From Desulfopila sp. (GTDB lineage: Bacteria > Desulfobacterota > Desulfobulbia > Desulfobulbales > Desulfocapsaceae): a stretch of DNA of 64,000 nucleotides. Under the pieces are notes generated by a model, which searched no databases, had not been told where the DNA came from, and was given only the letters and a program-made list of their open reading frames with translations. The translations under genes and the position numbers were made by a program. Shown here in pieces: positions 63,464 through 64,000 of this stretch (its first letter is position 1; each line of letters begins with the position of its first letter). The stretch is from assembly GCA_047973425.1 (NCBI GenBank), contig JBKEBZ010000048.1, forward strand, positions 12,258-76,257. Direction: 5' to 3'.

Positions 63464-63699
63464 GTGTTCATCCAGAAACGAGATATTTTTGACTGAATCG
63501 AGGAGTGAGAGAAATTTTACCACAGGCATATAAGCGATATTCCGAGGATAAAATTTCGAACACAACGAAGATTTTATATGAAATTCATCAGCACGGAGAC
63601 TTTTGTTGCCGTGCTGAGGCGTTTCATGCTTCGTTGTGGCTGAGGCTATCTGGTCCAGCCATGCTGGTTAGGGCAAAAGAGCCGTTTCTGGATGGGCAC
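63464..63699 (+). mobile_element. MITE family C containing a nested family B unit (63573-63669)
   Basis: TIR GTGTTCATCCAGAAAC/GTTTCTGGATGGGCAC; flanks TGGTTC/TGGTTA. Confidence 0.85.
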
Positions 63700-63715
63700 T
63701 GGTTAAGGGAGAATC

Positions 63716-64000
63716 ATGAAGCTCTTGAATGTAGGCTTTGGCAATACGGTGATGGTCGAGCGGATAATCGCCGTGATAAATACCGGTTCGTCGCCGGCCC
63801 GGAAGGTCAAGGAACTTGCCAAACTGGACGGAAAACTCATCGATGTGACCGAGGGGCGACGTACCCGGTCAATTCTGGTGATGGATTCCAACCATGTGGT
63901 CCTCTCTTCGGTGCAGCCCGACACCATAACCCAGAGAATGCAGGCGTTGCATGCCGGGTTCCACCTGGCCGAACTCGATCGAGAAAAAAAACAACGCCAG
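63716..64000 (+). CDS. remA: RemA/DUF370-family protein (runs off the window)
   Basis: MKLLNVGFGN...LIDVTEGRRTRSILVMDSNHVVLSSVQPDT; yicC-remA synteny. Confidence 0.9.
   Translation, partial: MKLLNVGFGNTVMVERIIAVINTGSSPARKVKELAKLDGKLIDVTEGRRTRSILVMDSNHVVLSSVQPDTITQRMQALHAGFHLAELDREKKQRQ

Overview
64 kb of chromosome from a GC-rich anaerobe; gene content suggests Desulfobacterota, probably Desulfobulbales (inference). In order: an ectoine-type aspartokinase; a complete proton-pumping complex I operon (nuoA-N, fused nuoCD, short NuoG, long NuoH); a CBS protein; a selenocysteine-containing SelD (in-frame TGA); PBP1B; and a 21-32 kb respiratory/regulatory island. The island holds three NrfD/PsrC paralogues, a Tat 4x[4Fe-4S] protein, a c7-type triheme cytochrome, two Cys-motif MerR/HspR-like regulators, a sigma54 promoter with upstream palindromes, and a multi-PAS sigma54 activator split by an in-frame TAG. 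Then come a rearranged pst/pho cluster, signalling genes, zapB-zapA-6S RNA, a long hairpin-rich spacer, rny, tyrS, a PerR/Fur regulator, a radical SAM protein, glgP, pal, skp, yicC and remA. Intergenic DNA carries three families of short non-autonomous repeats: two MITE types with terminal inverted repeats (TIRs) and 6-7 bp target-site duplications (TSDs), and a ~94 bp asymmetric hairpin element bounded by TT (about 18 copies). The last forms tandem arrays, nests with the others and supplies the C-terminal tails and stop codons of two genes. No transposase, tRNA, rRNA or CRISPR array was recognised.
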